DNA of 64,000 nucleotides from the NCBI RefSeq assembly GCF_026210795.1, contig NC_089435.1, forward strand, positions 2,356,001-2,420,000, written 5' to 3'. Position 1 is the first letter of the stretch; each line of letters starts with the position of its first letter. The translations under genes and the position numbers were made by a program. The stretch is from Rhizophagus irregularis. Lineage: Eukaryota. The notes beneath the pieces are model-generated. The model had not been told where the DNA came from. It did no database searches and saw only the letters and a program-made list of their open reading frames with translations. Of this stretch, positions 50,438 through 62,083 are shown piece after piece.

Positions 50438-51088
50438 ATCTATTAATACATTTTTCAGGTAAAATGAACGAAATTTTTCTCTTTTTTTATTTTACTTTTT
50501 TAAAGTTCAACCACAAAAAGTTCCACCATGAAATGATAACTCATTTTTTATCTTATATTTATACCATAAAATTCTTTTTAACATAATCAAGCGGCCCATT
50601 ATCATTAACATTTTTTTCTAATAAACCGGCAATATAAAAAATTTAGCAAAGAATGCTTTTGCAAATGAAAATTTATTTTTTGCAAGGTTTAATTATTTTA
50701 TCTCATTTTATTTATTTTATTTCTTTTTGATCATTTTATTTCATGTTTTTTTTTAAAATATAAATAGGACAATAAATTAAATTTTATTTTTTTTTAAAAA
50801 AAAATATATATATATATAAATATATATAAACTGCGCATCATTATTTAGTATTTTTATAAATAATCCGGAAATTTAGCTCAATGTTTGTTTCAAGGAATTA
50901 ATTGTATACTGTGGACTAAATATTCTTAACATTAGGTCACATGAACTGTAGGACCACTCATCACACTTTTTCTTCTTGACGTTGTTGATCGAATGTCGTA
51001 ATTGCATATATTTATAACTATTGGGGTAGTCATTTTTACAGTAATTTTTCAATTTTCAAAGTGTGATTAATTAGAAAAAATTTATATA

Positions 51089-51462
51089 TAGAGATTGGGA
51101 ACCGATTAACGTTAATCGATTAATTAACAGATTGATCGATTAAATCATATTTCTGGTCAAATTATTTAATGCGGCCCAGAGATGTGAAATTCGGTCACGT
51201 GTTCTTCATACTAAAATTTCTAACGGAATAATAAGATCAATAAAATATGACTTCGCTGCAACTAAATATACGAGTAAAAACAGATTGAACTATTTAACAG
51301 CGTCAATTAATCAATTGGTTAAGGCCCTTGTTTAATCGGTTCTTAATCGGTTAAATTTCCGAAACTTCTGGAAATTCATATAATAATTAACTGATTAATT
51401 TATTAATCGATTACGGTAGTTGGTTAATTAATCGATTATTAATCGGTTAAGGTTTTTTTTGA
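51089..51462. mobile_element. Decayed relative of the 47463 MITE
   Basis: Starts TAGAGATTGGGAACCG; shares the core ATGCGGCCCAGAGAT...CACGTGTTC; AACCGGTT motifs changed to AATCGATT/AATCGGTT; right TIR lost. Confidence 0.7.
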
Positions 51463-51715
51463 TCCTTAATAATTACTTTTATGTTTCGTTCAAATTATTA
51501 TGTTGCGATAATCATCATGTGAAGTACTTTTTTATTACTCGTTATATGGAAAAATATGGCTTATTGAATGGATGAAAAATATAATGAGAATTCGTTCAAG
51601 CTGAAATACAGTAACAACCGTCATGGAAATTATTAGACTAATAATGGCAAATAATTGTTTTATTTTTTTTATAGACAGCTTATCTAAAATCTGAATAATT
51701 TATACAAGAAATTAT

Positions 51716-51995
51716 ATTTCTCAATTTTATTATGCAATAGACGACACGATATTACACAAAAAAGAAATAATTGCCTAAGTTATCCCGACTAATTGTAATT
51801 CCATGATTTAAAGTTTTATAAGTTATATATTACCGGAAAAACATGGAATATAAAACATGATACAGATATTTGACATTCATATAATTATTATACTAATTTG
51901 TAATAATTCCTTACAGTATAACGTGAAAAATCTTGTTTCGAATTATAAATAATTATAGTAAACGTATTTTGATGTAGCCCCAGGATAAAGTTTTT
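51716..51995 (+). repeat. Diverged direct duplicate of 812-1082
   Basis: Shared blocks ATTTCTCAATT..TATGCAATAGA, ACACAAAAAAGAAAT, AAAACATGGAATATAAA, TAACGTGAAAA, CCAGGATAAAG in the same order. Confidence 0.7.
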
Positions 51996-54509
51996 TTTCA
52001 TGCAATTGAGAACGAAAAAAATAATCGTATGAGAATATTTATCATATATATATGTTGATATAACATGAAATCTATTTTTAAATCCACCTTTTTATGGCAA
52101 ATTCCCTCCTGTGGCAAATATTTATGTTACACCAATTTCCTAAAAGGACATTTCAGTTACCTTAAGAAAGATTTCACTAAAGGAATTTTAACATTTTAAC
52201 GGAAATTTTATTATTCAAAATTTCAAAAGAAATTTTTAGGATTTTTGTCACTTTTCAACTGAACGGTACACATTTATTACCTGTTACCAGCTTTGAAAAT
52301 TGTAATGGACGGATGTATTTTTTTCAGTAAATCTTGTCAAACATTTAATTGCTACAGGGAACGTCCATCCAGTCAATACGTTGGTTACATTATTACAGGG
52401 GAAGTTGTAAACATTCTCCTATATATCCTTCCACAAATATGTTAGTAACCTATTGCGTGCGATTGTTGCGATTGAATTTGTTGAGGAAAATTTGTTGAGA
52501 AATTTGTTGAGAAAGTTGCGATTGAATTTGCTGAGAAATTTGCGATAAGCGTCGTAGCCGAGATAAATATTATGAACTTTTTGGCACAAACCGCTAAAAA
52601 ACCATGTAATCTTTTGATTTTTTTCTTGTTTCTATTTTTTGTAAGCAATTTTGAGATATAACCCAAATTATCTGCTGCAGTAGTTACAATTTTAGATTAT
52701 ACATCTCTTCTGTAAATTACAAGGATTTTGCGGTCTCGGATTTTAACAGTCCTTACATTAACACTTTATGTGGTTATTTCCGGTAAAGGTAAAGTTGTAT
52801 ATTTTTTTATTTTAATTTTAGTTGTTTTATCGATCGTTTCAAATGGTTTGTTCAACTATTTCGTTTCTTGATGGTGGAAATGGAGGTTGGGTGTAAAGAT
52901 TTATGAGTCGATGATTTTTTGTTGTTTCAAAAACAATAAGACATCATGAGTTATTGTATTCATTTCAAATGAGTTAAAAAAAAATCATGTTATCAATAGA
53001 TAAGAAAAGAAAGAAAATCGTTAAAATCGTCATTGTTTATTGATAATGAAAAAAAGGGCAATGATAAAGCCTGTTTTTTTTCTTTACCTTATAGTTATAT
53101 ATACTTTTTTTTTAATAATTAAAAAAACCTGAAACAGCGAAAAAAAAAAATAACGCATATTAAGTACATCTAGTATTATTGGATCTTTTGTTTTGACATA
53201 ATACATGCATTTAAGAAAAACGCCACTTACGCCAATATTGATGTTATGCATTGTCGCATTTTTTAGATTTTCAGATTTTTAGACGTTTAATGTGTGACAT
53301 TATCCCATAATCACGTGTAGTAAACATGTGATCTCTTTGATGCTGCGGTTGAATATTTACTTGTTATAAATCAATATAAATTATTATTTATTTATTTGTA
53401 TATTTTTTTTTATAGAATCTGGAAACTCAAAAGTTAAAAAGTCAATGGATATATTATTTTTTTTCGTAACACAAATTAATATATCTTCAAGAACCATTAT
53501 TTCTCAGCCTTCCTACTAAATACGTATTTACTACGCACAGGATGATCTAATGCTTGATCAATAAATATTATTAAGCGCATTTTTATGTATTATAATTCTC
53601 TTAGTAATTATACTGTAAATTATGGTAATAATAACGCAAAAAAAATATTTTCAAACACAATATGGATACTTATTTATTTAACACGTGATATAAACAGGAA
53701 TATAAAAAATGTTAGACTAAGCCAAACGAACTTTTCTCCATAATCAATTTGAAAAATTTGAAAATAGGCTCAGCTTAAAATCAACTTGATTGGATCATTT
53801 CTTAAAAATAAATACTAAATACCATACCAGTATTAAAGATTTTTATACCTAAATATTAGCTGACTTAAATAATTCATATTTTAGCTGAATATCGGCATCA
53901 CTTTCACAGAACGGCACAAAAAACTTGTACAAAAGTAGAAGATACACTATTAATCATTAAACTTTATAATTTCGGAAACGCCGAATTGTTCATATAGGTG
54001 AAACTAACCTTCTTTAAAATATTTTTTATTATTTAATAGAAAAGGACATTAATTATTTAGTTTATGCTTTCTCTTTTCGTATTAATAAAGTTGACTTAAA
54101 ATTTCAAAAACTCTTTCAAAATAAAAAATGAGCTCATCCAAAAAAAATTCAAAATAAAAATGGAAATCACTTTCCGTTTTTGATTTATCTTTTTTTGAAA
54201 AGATTCATTTCACAAGTACATTAATAACTGTTAATTTTCATAGATATGAATGATTGATTATAGAAAATACCTACGATCTTTGTTGTCAATTGTCGATTTG
54301 CGTTAGCTGACAGTTGATGTGAGTCAGAACCCTATAAAAAATTTATTCCGTGTTTTTTTTTATTCATATAAGTTAATACATTATAAGCAATAATATTAAA
54401 CTGAAAAATTAAAAGCAATAATGTTAAAGCTATAAGTCCATAGATATATATTTAAAATTAATCAATAAAAGTTTATTAATAATATATCGCAACAGAGGAA
54501 TTTGTACGG

Positions 54510-55132
54510 TGTAATGCCGTAGTATACCTAGTAAATTTATTAATTGTGAGGCGCAGTATTACATTTAGTCTTAGTGTATAAAATTTTAACTTATTTTTAT
54601 TTTTATTTTAATTGGACCGAGAAGTCGTTAAACTAATAATCACATGGATCAAGGTAATTGGTCCGTGATGACCTTAAACTATTAGTCACGAGATTTAAGG
54701 ATAAATGAAGATCCGAAAGATACTAAATTGAATGAAATCAAGTGATCTGAGGTGTCAAGTGATTAATTTGTTGATCACTACGTTAATATTATAAATCATA
54801 ATTCAGGAGTTCATGATGATCAAATGGATACAAAATTAAGATAATGGAAATACTTTAAAACAATGGAAATACTTTAATAATTTAAATCCATGAATCGAAA
54901 TTATGAATTTAGTTACACAAAAACAAACATAAAAGGGCGTGAAGATCACCTTTTGGAAAGGACAGAGAGAGAGAGAGAGAAAATTGGACGAATTTTGTTA
55001 TGAATTATTTATTTTATTATTTAATGTTATTAAACCAAGCATATTATTGTATTTATTTATATTATTAATAAAGAGTCATTTTGTTAATACCTGAGGTGGC
55101 AAACATAATTTTCTATGGGCTCAGGTGTTACA
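54510..55132 (+). repeat. 5' LTR (623 bp)
   Basis: TGTAA...TTACA termini; ends match the TSD-flanked solo LTR at 27903-28446; PBS follows 2 nt downstream. Confidence 0.85.
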
Positions 55133-55134
55133 AG

Positions 55135-55150
55135 TGGTGCATGCTCCGAG
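55135..55150 (+). promoter_or_regulatory. Primer-binding site TGGTGCATGCTCCGAG
   Basis: Begins TGG (complement of tRNA CCA) just after the LTR; implied tRNA 3' end CUCGGAGCAUGCACCA resembles tRNA-Gly ends (inference). Confidence 0.75.
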
Positions 55151-55723
55151 AAAGGAAAAGTGATCATCCTCACATGATCACTACAGGTTATAAGTATAGG
55201 ATCTCTGAGAAAAGAAAATGATCACCCCCACGTGATCATTAGAAGTTACAAATAAAGGATCGACGAAGTTAAGGAATTATAAAATTAAAAGTTCTAAGTC
55301 TTGGTTAAAAAAGAATTTAAGGTGTATTAACGTTAAATTTTAATAAAATAAAGTTAAATATTTTAAAGGATACGTGAAAATAATGGTTACCAAGGTAAAA
55401 GGTATTAATTTGGGTGAGTATGACCATAAATGTATAAAGAGATAATGTTAAAAATTAAATTTTTGATCTAACTTGACCACCGGCTGATAAGTCAATGAAA
55501 AATTATTATTATAATAATTTTCATACATATGAACCAAATATGTATGGTAGTAATTGATTATCAAGGGAAATGCGAGGCTAATCAAGTTAGAAGGGGTTTT
55601 AATAGAATATTGTAAATAAGTTCCATGAATTAAGGATTAAAAATAATTTTTATAAATAATTGAGGTTAAGTTAAGGATAAAAAGTGTACCCAAAAACCGA
55701 CACTATAAATACGATGGTAGGGT

Positions 55724-55920
55724 AATTCTGTGTGAACTCAATTGAGGTTTTCTGTGTGATCAATTGAGAATAATTCTGTGTGAACTCAATTGAGGTTTTC
55801 TGTGTGATCAATTGAGAATAGTTCTGTGTGAGCTTTTTCTGTGTGAACTCAATTGAGGTATTCTGTGTGATCAATTGAGAATAGTTCTGTGTGAACTTCC
55901 AAAAACAATTCTGTGTGAGG
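55724..55920. repeat. Tandem repeats in the Gypsy leader
   Basis: Eight TTCTGTGTGA motifs interleaved with (C)TCAATTGAG palindromes; main period about 48 bp. Confidence 0.85.
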
Positions 55921-56444
55921 GTACCCAAGAAAAATCATGATTAACGTTAACAAAAATTAAAATAATATTTGCTGGACAAATATATAAAAGTTAAGGATGA
56001 ATTAAAAATAATAAAAATAGGAAGATTGACAAAAATCACATGACCAAGGAAAAATATAAATATAGGAGGGAGATTTGGATCTCCCACTTATTATTTCAAA
56101 ATATAACAAAATAACGATAATAATAAAATAATAATAATTATAACAAGAAATTAAAATGATTGTACATAAAATCAATTTAACTGAAGAAGAATTGGGAAAA
56201 TATGTGTATAAAAGGAGTTAAATTAAAGATACATAATGAAATTAATGAAATCAAATATGGAATCACATTCCAACTTTAGGTTGGGAATTTCAAGGAAAAT
56301 GTAAATTTATTTGTACAAACCTGTAAACTACCATACTCAGTAATGAACAAGTGAGGTAAAGGCAAGCCCAGTATAGGTCAAATAAAATATAAAAGAAGGA
56401 TAAAAAGTAAAAGACGTGAAAATTTTTAGAGAATTTTATTAAAA

Positions 56445-59400
56445 ATGGAATGGTACCATGTTTGGAACGCTGAATATATAAACCATAAACAAGAACATGA
56501 CCTAGGAGTGATAGAACCAGAGGAATGTTTAGCATGTGAAATATGTAACCCAATAGAAAGAGAAGTATCAGCGGCATTCAAGAAATTTTGGGATGCTTTG
56601 TTTAAATTCGAGGATACAATACTAATGTACAATAATGTAACACATAAAGAATTATTGAATTTATTAAGTATGGACAATAGAGAAAGGGAGGATACAATAC
56701 ATAAGGGAAAATGTAGGAATATAGTAGATAGAATAATTGAATCAATAAGGTACAGACAACAACCAAAAATGAAGGAAAAAGGATTGAGAATAATAATTGT
56801 AGTAATTGTAAGGGATTGTATTGAAGGAAACTTGGAAAATGAAATATTTGATCGATTAATAGGATGCCCAGAAATAATGAAACATGGATACATTTTAGAA
56901 GATTGGGATGTTGAAAATAGGTTTCAAAAATTTTGGGATTGGTATAACACGATATTGGAAAATGAAATGAAAGCAATACATGTTAAGAAGTTAGCAATGA
57001 AGTTATTCAGGGATCTATTATATGAAGAAACAGAAGATCTGTTGAGGAAAGAAGAGGTAATTGAATTATTACTCCAGATAGAATATCAAAATAGATGTGA
57101 GGTAGACACGCAAGAAGGAGGTGATGCATGGGTAAGATATGTATCAAAAGTAAGACAAAGATTTATTGATACCAAACAATTTACAAGGGAACCTGAGGAC
57201 CCAGAAAGTGCTAGTCCTGAAAGTTATGAATTAGAGGACAGTGATGGTAGTATACATTATGAAATAAAAATAGAGGATGATGTCGAATGGACAGTAGAAT
57301 CATTAAAAAGAAAAATTGAAGAAATGGGTGGAAGGTTCACCGACAAAGATATACAAAGGATGTGGGACCTAAGGATAAGGATAGAATTGATATTAACAGA
57401 GGACTTTTTAGGTACATTTTTCGAATTAATGAGACTAAGTGATGAAAAATTAAAAGATGAAATAAATGAATGGTTAACAAAAGAAACATTAATATGTGGA
57501 AATTGTAGGAATAGAAAGTTACCTGATATGATAGCAGACATTGGACAATGTAAAAATTGTGAACAAAAAGAATTATTAGAATTAAAGGATGACTTAGAAA
57601 AACTAGGATACGAATTAAATGTGTCAGAAATAGAGAGAATAAGAAAATTCAGGATAAGCAATAGTATAATATTAACAACGGAATTTATGGAAAAATATTT
57701 TCAGGAAATTGATACGAATGACAAAGAATTAAGGACAAAATTATATGAATGGATAAATGAAAATACCACATTTTGTGATGAATGTGGAATAAGATGGATG
57801 AACAATAAATTTGACGAAGGAAAAACCAAGTGTAGGGATTGTGAGAATGACGAAAATGAAATTGATATCAGGGTCAAAAGATTAAAACAAATATGTGATG
57901 ATAATAAAATAGAAATAACTGATGGAGAGTTATTAAGGTTAATCAGTATGGGATATACTGATGGAGAAATATTGGATCAAGAATTTATTGAAATATTCCA
58001 AGGAAATAAAAATGATTTGGAGAAAAATTTAAGGCGGATATTAGATAAATTTCTAAAACAGCAAGCTGGAATTGGGGATAGTGAAAGCAGTGGAAATGAA
58101 TCTGATAACGAAAAATCTGATGGATCTGAAAAAGAATCAGATGGATCTGAAAAAAATAGAGAAATTTTAAATCCAAATGATACCGATAGCAATGAAAATT
58201 TTGAAGAACCTTATGAAGAAAACATTATAAATAGACCCGGTTTTGACTCAAGTGAAAGTTCAGAATCAAATTCTGAGGATAAAAGTGAAATATCTGATTA
58301 TAATATAGAAAATTTATTTGAAACACCTTTAACACCACCGATACCACCAATCCCACCAATAGTACCAATAATTATGGGAGCAACAAGAGCTGAAGTAAGG
58401 GAAGATGTTAGAGCGGCTTTACTAGCAACAACAGGACATGATATAGGAGGTAATTGGGCTGGATTAATCGCAGCCAACCCATTAGCAAATGCAATTGAGG
58501 ATGCAGGAAACGCAGCTGGAGGAATAATTAGTTTGCCACACTTTTATGGAAAAGAAGAAGAAGATGTTAATGATTGGGTAAGACAATTTGAAACAGCATT
58601 CACTGCCATAGGAAAAGCAGCAGGAGTAAATGGAGCTAGACAAGCAGCAATGGCAGCTACCTGTTTGAAAGGTGCAGCAGCACAATGGTATAATGAAAAG
58701 AAGGAAGCAAATAATGGACATTTAGTAAATTGGGCAGACAATGATGATGATAATGATTTGAAACATAGAGTTAAACAAAGATTTACCAGAGAGGATGTTA
58801 GAAAAAGGAAAATGTTAGAATTAAGGAAAATAACACAAGGAGTAAATGAAAATGTTGAGGCATATACGATAAGGTTTAGACAAATATTAAGGATAGCTAC
58901 CAGAGGCCATGCATTAGATGATGAATTACAAGTGGATAATTATATCGAAGGATTAACACCAACATTGGGATATCAAGTCAGAAGACAAAACCCAGCAAAT
59001 CTAAATGATGCGGTGAATACAGCAAGAAGAGAGGAGGAAGCTACTAATGAATTAATAAGAAAGACACGTGGTATATCAGTTAGTACCCAAAGAAAAGGAA
59101 TCGATATACAAGATGACAAGCCAAAGAATATATTTGAAAAACCATTGGAGAAAAATTATGAGGATGACCTTGCCGACATGTTTAAAAAATTAGAGGTAAA
59201 ACTAGTAAATCAACTTGGAGGGCAAAAGAGACCACCAAACAATAACAATAGACAAGGACCACCACCTCGAGCATGTTATAATTGTAAACAACCAGGACAT
59301 TATGCAAATGAATGTAGGGTAAATAATGGTCAAAGAAACTATGGAAGACCAAATAATCAAAATTATAATAGAAGATCAAATAACTATAATGGAAGACCAA

Positions 59401-60032
59401 ATAACTATAACAGACCACCAAACCACCAAAACAATAATCGAGGATTCAATGTAGTGGAATATGATAATTATAATGATCAATATGACCAATATGATTATGA
59501 TAGTCAGGATTATCAGGATAATTATGATCAAGGATATAGTTATGACGACCCGTATTATCAAGATAATGATGTAACATTTAACCATGTTGATCAAGACTTT
59601 TATATTGGTGAAAGACAAACGAGAAGTAACATAAAAAATAGGTCAAGTAATCGAGATATAGATATGGAAATTGACCAAGAACAAGCACGAAGAAGGAATA
59701 ATAAATATGCAAGCCAAGAGGAAAGGGCAGCAGCATTACCAAAAAGAGGATTCACTGATGAAAGTCTGAGGAAAGCACAAGAAGCAAGGAGAAATAATAA
59801 TACATGTGGAAATTGTGGACAAAGAGGTCACTATGCAAAACAATGTAAAAATGAACGTGTTGAAGGTATCCATAGGACAAGCGCATTTCAGAGGAACACA
59901 CCAGAATATAACGTATTAGAGGATATGAAAAATACCAGAGCAAATGCAACCTTTTCACAAATTATAAACATAAGTCCAGAGCAAAGAAAAATATATCATG
60001 AAGGAATGAGAAGGTATCCACAAACAGATTGA
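56445..60032 (+). CDS. gag: Gag polyprotein with long N-terminal extension (1195 aa)
   Basis: Capsid-like region (FYGKEEEDVNDWVRQFE, LKGAAAQWY, ITQGVNENVEAYTIRF); two CCHC knuckles CYNCKQPGHYANEC and CGNCGQRGHYAKQC. Confidence 0.9.
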   Translation: MEWYHVWNAEYINHKQEHDLGVIEPEECLACEICNPIEREVSAAFKKFWDALFKFEDTILMYNNVTHKELLNLLSMDNREREDTIHKGKCRNIVDRIIESIRYRQQPKMKEKGLRIIIVVIVRDCIEGNLENEIFDRLIGCPEIMKHGYILEDWDVENRFQKFWDWYNTILENEMKAIHVKKLAMKLFRDLLYEETEDLLRKEEVIELLLQIEYQNRCEVDTQEGGDAWVRYVSKVRQRFIDTKQFTREPEDPESASPESYELEDSDGSIHYEIKIEDDVEWTVESLKRKIEEMGGRFTDKDIQRMWDLRIRIELILTEDFLGTFFELMRLSDEKLKDEINEWLTKETLICGNCRNRKLPDMIADIGQCKNCEQKELLELKDDLEKLGYELNVSEIERIRKFRISNSIILTTEFMEKYFQEIDTNDKELRTKLYEWINENTTFCDECGIRWMNNKFDEGKTKCRDCENDENEIDIRVKRLKQICDDNKIEITDGELLRLISMGYTDGEILDQEFIEIFQGNKNDLEKNLRRILDKFLKQQAGIGDSESSGNESDNEKSDGSEKESDGSEKNREILNPNDTDSNENFEEPYEENIINRPGFDSSESSESNSEDKSEISDYNIENLFETPLTPPIPPIPPIVPIIMGATRAEVREDVRAALLATTGHDIGGNWAGLIAANPLANAIEDAGNAAGGIISLPHFYGKEEEDVNDWVRQFETAFTAIGKAAGVNGARQAAMAATCLKGAAAQWYNEKKEANNGHLVNWADNDDDNDLKHRVKQRFTREDVRKRKMLELRKITQGVNENVEAYTIRFRQILRIATRGHALDDELQVDNYIEGLTPTLGYQVRRQNPANLNDAVNTARREEEATNELIRKTRGISVSTQRKGIDIQDDKPKNIFEKPLEKNYEDDLADMFKKLEVKLVNQLGGQKRPPNNNNRQGPPPRACYNCKQPGHYANECRVNNGQRNYGRPNNQNYNRRSNNYNGRPNNYNRPPNHQNNNRGFNVVEYDNYNDQYDQYDYDSQDYQDNYDQGYSYDDPYYQDNDVTFNHVDQDFYIGERQTRSNIKNRSSNRDIDMEIDQEQARRRNNKYASQEERAAALPKRGFTDESLRKAQEARRNNNTCGNCGQRGHYAKQCKNERVEGIHRTSAFQRNTPEYNVLEDMKNTRANATFSQIINISPEQRKIYHEGMRRYPQTD

Positions 60033-60572
60033 CTACAAGAATCAATGAACAACATTGAAGCAGAACACTTAACTGCATTAAGGGGTAAATTAATAATAAA
60101 CCAAGAATTAAAGGACGTAATGTTTGATACAGGAGCAGCAGTAAGTGTAATAACTAGTCAGATAATGGATGAAATGGACCTAAAAATTGAGGAACCAAGT
60201 ACAGTAAGATGTGTGATGATAAATGAGGATAAATTAGCATCTAGGGGTACCACGACAATATACATACAATTTGGGGATAAGGAGATACCCATTAAGGTTG
60301 AAGTAATTGATTCAGGAAAAAACGAAATTGTGTTAGGAAATGGAGTATTAGATATGTTTAAGGCGAATATAGATTACACGGATAAAACAATAATAATTAG
60401 AATGAATGATGAAACTATGGATATACCAGTGAAATACACACAAAGGACCATTAAAGGGTTTGAAGAAACATTTGATGAAGAGGAAATATTAGAAGAATTA
60501 TACCAGGATGAATTGTATAACATATATGAAGATGACCATGAAGGTCAGGAAGATGAAAATTTTAAAGTATAA
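60033..60572 (+). CDS. Aspartic protease, in frame with gag after a single TGA
   Basis: MFDTGAAVSVI catalytic motif and IVLGN; first ATG at 60045. Confidence 0.88.
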   Translation, partial: LQESMNNIEAEHLTALRGKLIINQELKDVMFDTGAAVSVITSQIMDEMDLKIEEPSTVRCVMINEDKLASRGTTTIYIQFGDKEIPIKVEVIDSGKNEIVLGNGVLDMFKANIDYTDKTIIIRMNDETMDIPVKYTQRTIKGFEETFDEEEILEELYQDELYNIYEDDHEGQEDENFKV

Positions 60573-62047
60573 GTCTTGGTCAGAATGATACTGAAGAGAC
60601 GATAAAGAAGCACAAAAGTGACCATGAAAAATTTACTGAAAAATTTAAAGTAGGGGACATAACCAATGAACAAAAAGGTAAATTAAAGGTATTAGTAGAA
60701 AAATATAAGGATATATTTGAGTATGATGGTGAAAAATATAATAGGACAAACCTAGTAAAACATGAAATCAGATTAAAAGGGGGTACTGAACCAATAGCCC
60801 AAAAGAGGTACAAAGAAAATGATGAAAAAGGTAAATTCATCAGAAAAGAGGTTGACGAGATGTTAAAATTGGGAAAAATTAGAGAATCCAGAAGTCCATG
60901 GTCTTCACCAGTGACTTTAGCAGGAAAAAAGTCTGGAAATTATAGGTTTTGCATCGACTATAGAAAATTAAATAAAGTTACAATAACAGATGCATATCCA
61001 TTACCAAGGATTGATGAACAATTAGAAAGGATAAGTTCAGGAAGATGGTTTACTAGTCTAGATTTAGCATCAGGGTTTAATCAGATAGAAATGGCTGAGG
61101 AAGATATTGAGAAAACAGCATTTATATGCTCAGCAGGATTATATGAATATAATGTCATGCCATTTGGGTTAACAAATGCGCCTGCAAGTTTTCAAAGGTT
61201 AATGGATAAAGTATTAAAGGAGTACCTAAATGAATTTGTGATAGTATACATTGATGATATAATGATATATTCGGAAAATTTTGAAGACCACCTAAAACAC
61301 ATAAAGTTAGTGTTAGAAAAATTAAAGGAAGCCAGTTTAATACTAAAGTTAAAGAAATGTATATTTGGAAAAACAGAAATAGAATTTTTAGGACATGTAG
61401 TTGGTAAAAATGGATTAAAACCAAGTCCAGGAAAGGTTGAAAAGATACAAAAATTAACAGCACCTATAAATATAAAAGGTGTAAGGTCAATATTGGGGTT
61501 ATGTACGTATTATAGAAAATTTATTAAAGATTTTTCAAAAATAGTAAAACCAATAACATCTTTATTGAGAAAAGATGAAAAGTTTGAATGGGGCATCAAA
61601 CAACATGAAGCATTAGAAATATTAAAAAGGAAATTAACCGAAGAACCGGTGTTAAGACAACCAGATTGGTTAAGGAAATTTATATTAATTACAGATGCTT
61701 CAGGAATAGGATTAGGGGCAGTGTTAGCTCAAAAAGATGATAAAGGTCAAGAATACGTAATAGAATATGCCAGTAAAAGTTTAAACAGGACAGAACAAAG
61801 ATGGCCAATAACCGAACAAGAATGTTATGCAATTGTATGGGGAATACAACATTTCCATAAATACTTGATCAATAGAAAATTTGAGGTAGTAACAGACCAT
61901 GCAGCTTTAAAGGGATTAATGACTGCAAAAGTACCAAAAGGAAAGAGATCAAGATGGGTCATGGAATTGGAACAGTATGATTTTGAAATAACCCATAGAC
62001 CAGGAAAAGAAAATAAAAACGCAGATGCCTTATCAAGAATAATATAA
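60566..62047 (+). CDS. pol: Reverse transcriptase - RNase H
   Basis: Frame open from 60566; SPWSSP, RFCIDYRKLN, LDLASGF, MPFGLTNAP, YIDD, TDAS, TDH, NADALSR; stop right after RNase H. Confidence 0.95.
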   Translation, partial: SISLGQNDTEETIKKHKSDHEKFTEKFKVGDITNEQKGKLKVLVEKYKDIFEYDGEKYNRTNLVKHEIRLKGGTEPIAQKRYKENDEKGKFIRKEVDEMLKLGKIRESRSPWSSPVTLAGKKSGNYRFCIDYRKLNKVTITDAYPLPRIDEQLERISSGRWFTSLDLASGFNQIEMAEEDIEKTAFICSAGLYEYNVMPFGLTNAPASFQRLMDKVLKEYLNEFVIVYIDDIMIYSENFEDHLKHIKLVLEKLKEASLILKLKKCIFGKTEIEFLGHVVGKNGLKPSPGKVEKIQKLTAPINIKGVRSILGLCTYYRKFIKDFSKIVKPITSLLRKDEKFEWGIKQHEALEILKRKLTEEPVLRQPDWLRKFILITDASGIGLGAVLAQKDDKGQEYVIEYASKSLNRTEQRWPITEQECYAIVWGIQHFHKYLINRKFEVVTDHAALKGLMTAKVPKGKRSRWVMELEQYDFEITHRPGKENKNADALSRII

Positions 62048-62083
62048 ATAGATGGGTAAAAGAGTTACTTTTCAAAAATAAAA

